Positions 63,380 through 64,000 of a DNA stretch of 64,000 bases are shown one piece after another. The notes beneath the pieces were generated by a model. That model saw only the letters and a list, made by a program, of their open reading frames with translations. It was not told the DNA's origin and did not search any database. The DNA is from Calditrichaceae bacterium (GTDB lineage Bacteria > Calditrichota > Calditrichia > Calditrichales > JBFXGD01). The translations under genes and the position numbers were made by a program. The stretch covers positions 128,001-192,000 of the forward strand of contig JBFXLE010000003.1 of assembly GCA_050173015.1 (NCBI GenBank). The letters are read 5' to 3'. Position 1 is the first letter of the stretch, and each line of letters opens with the position of its first letter.

Positions 63380-63964
63380 TTAGAGTTGTGTCTGTACGTT
63401 CTGAACAACCAGATTAATCACAGATTTCAGAGTATTGAAAACACCGTCGCCTTTTACCGCAACCCCCTCGAAATGAGGCACCCCAAAAAAATTAAGTCTT
63501 TTTTGCAAAACTTCCACAGACTCCACGCCCGGCAAGTCACGTTTATTATATTGTATTACCCATGGAAAATTCTCAAGTGTCTGCCCGTCCTGTTTGATAT
63601 TGCTTTCAAGATCCAGCAGCGTCTCAATATTGGCTTCCATCCGATGCGGTTGTGAATCGGCAACGAATACGATTCCGTCAACTCCATTTAGAATTACTTT
63701 ACGGCTCGAAGCGTAATAAACCTGTCCCGGAACAGTGTATAAGTTGAATTTAGGTTTTTTGCCTTTGATCCGACCGACTTCGATCTGCATAAAATCAAAG
63801 AATATGGTACGATCTTCTTTCGTTTTCAATGACACAAGCTCCCCGGTAAGCGACGGATCGAGCTTCGTGTGAATATACTCAAGATTCGTTGTTTTGCCGC
63901 TCATTCCCGGACCGTAATAGACGATTTTTAGATTTATTTCCTGTAAAGCCCAATTTATAAACAT
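63380..63964 (-). CDS. mglA: MglA-family small Ras-like GTPase
   Basis: KIVYYGPGMSGKTTN, DRTIFFD, YTVPGQV, FVADS, NKRD. Confidence 0.88.
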   Translation of the reverse strand: MFINWALQEINLKIVYYGPGMSGKTTNLEYIHTKLDPSLTGELVSLKTKEDRTIFFDFMQIEVGRIKGKKPKFNLYTVPGQVYYASSRKVILNGVDGIVFVADSQPHRMEANIETLLDLESNIKQDGQTLENFPWVIQYNKRDLPGVESVEVLQKRLNFFGVPHFEGVAVKGDGVFNTLKSVINLVVQNVQTQL

Positions 63965-64000
63965 TCTCCATCCTCGCGACTTTTAACCGTTTATGCCCTA

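Overview
A gene-dense, housekeeping-type bacterial chromosome segment with moderately low GC. It holds about 60 CDSs and one tRNA-Gly(CCC); no mobile element, prophage or CRISPR array is recognisable. The gene set suggests a diderm of the FCB-associated group, possibly Calditrichota-like (inference only): a short Bacteroidota-type primary sigma factor, exbB-exbD-exbD-tonB, kdsB, MglA and clear Shine-Dalgarno use. Known functions include a MacAB-TolC-type exporter with two permeases, metH, pdxA, queDEFC, pyrG-kdsB-gatC, deoB, glnA, arginine decarboxylase plus agmatinase, a GH57 enzyme and several peptidases. The signals not explained by the ORF track are: (1) a peroxiredoxin split at an in-frame UGA at its catalytic position and followed by a SECIS-like hairpin, i.e. 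a selenoprotein; (2) a five-gene exported-protein operon (LPP20-like, TPR+SLH lipoprotein, FlgT-N-like, CsgG-like, FecR-like) that looks like a flagellum-independent envelope complex; (3) a TamA-like Omp85 followed by a tiny secreted protein resembling only the C-terminal strands of TamB; (4) deoB cotranscribed with two divergent microcompartment vertex proteins; (5) identical back-to-back ECF promoter motifs; (6) a 112-nt rod-like RNA candidate next to the tRNA and an attenuator-like terminator before agmatinase. All family calls come from motif recognition by eye; no searches were run.
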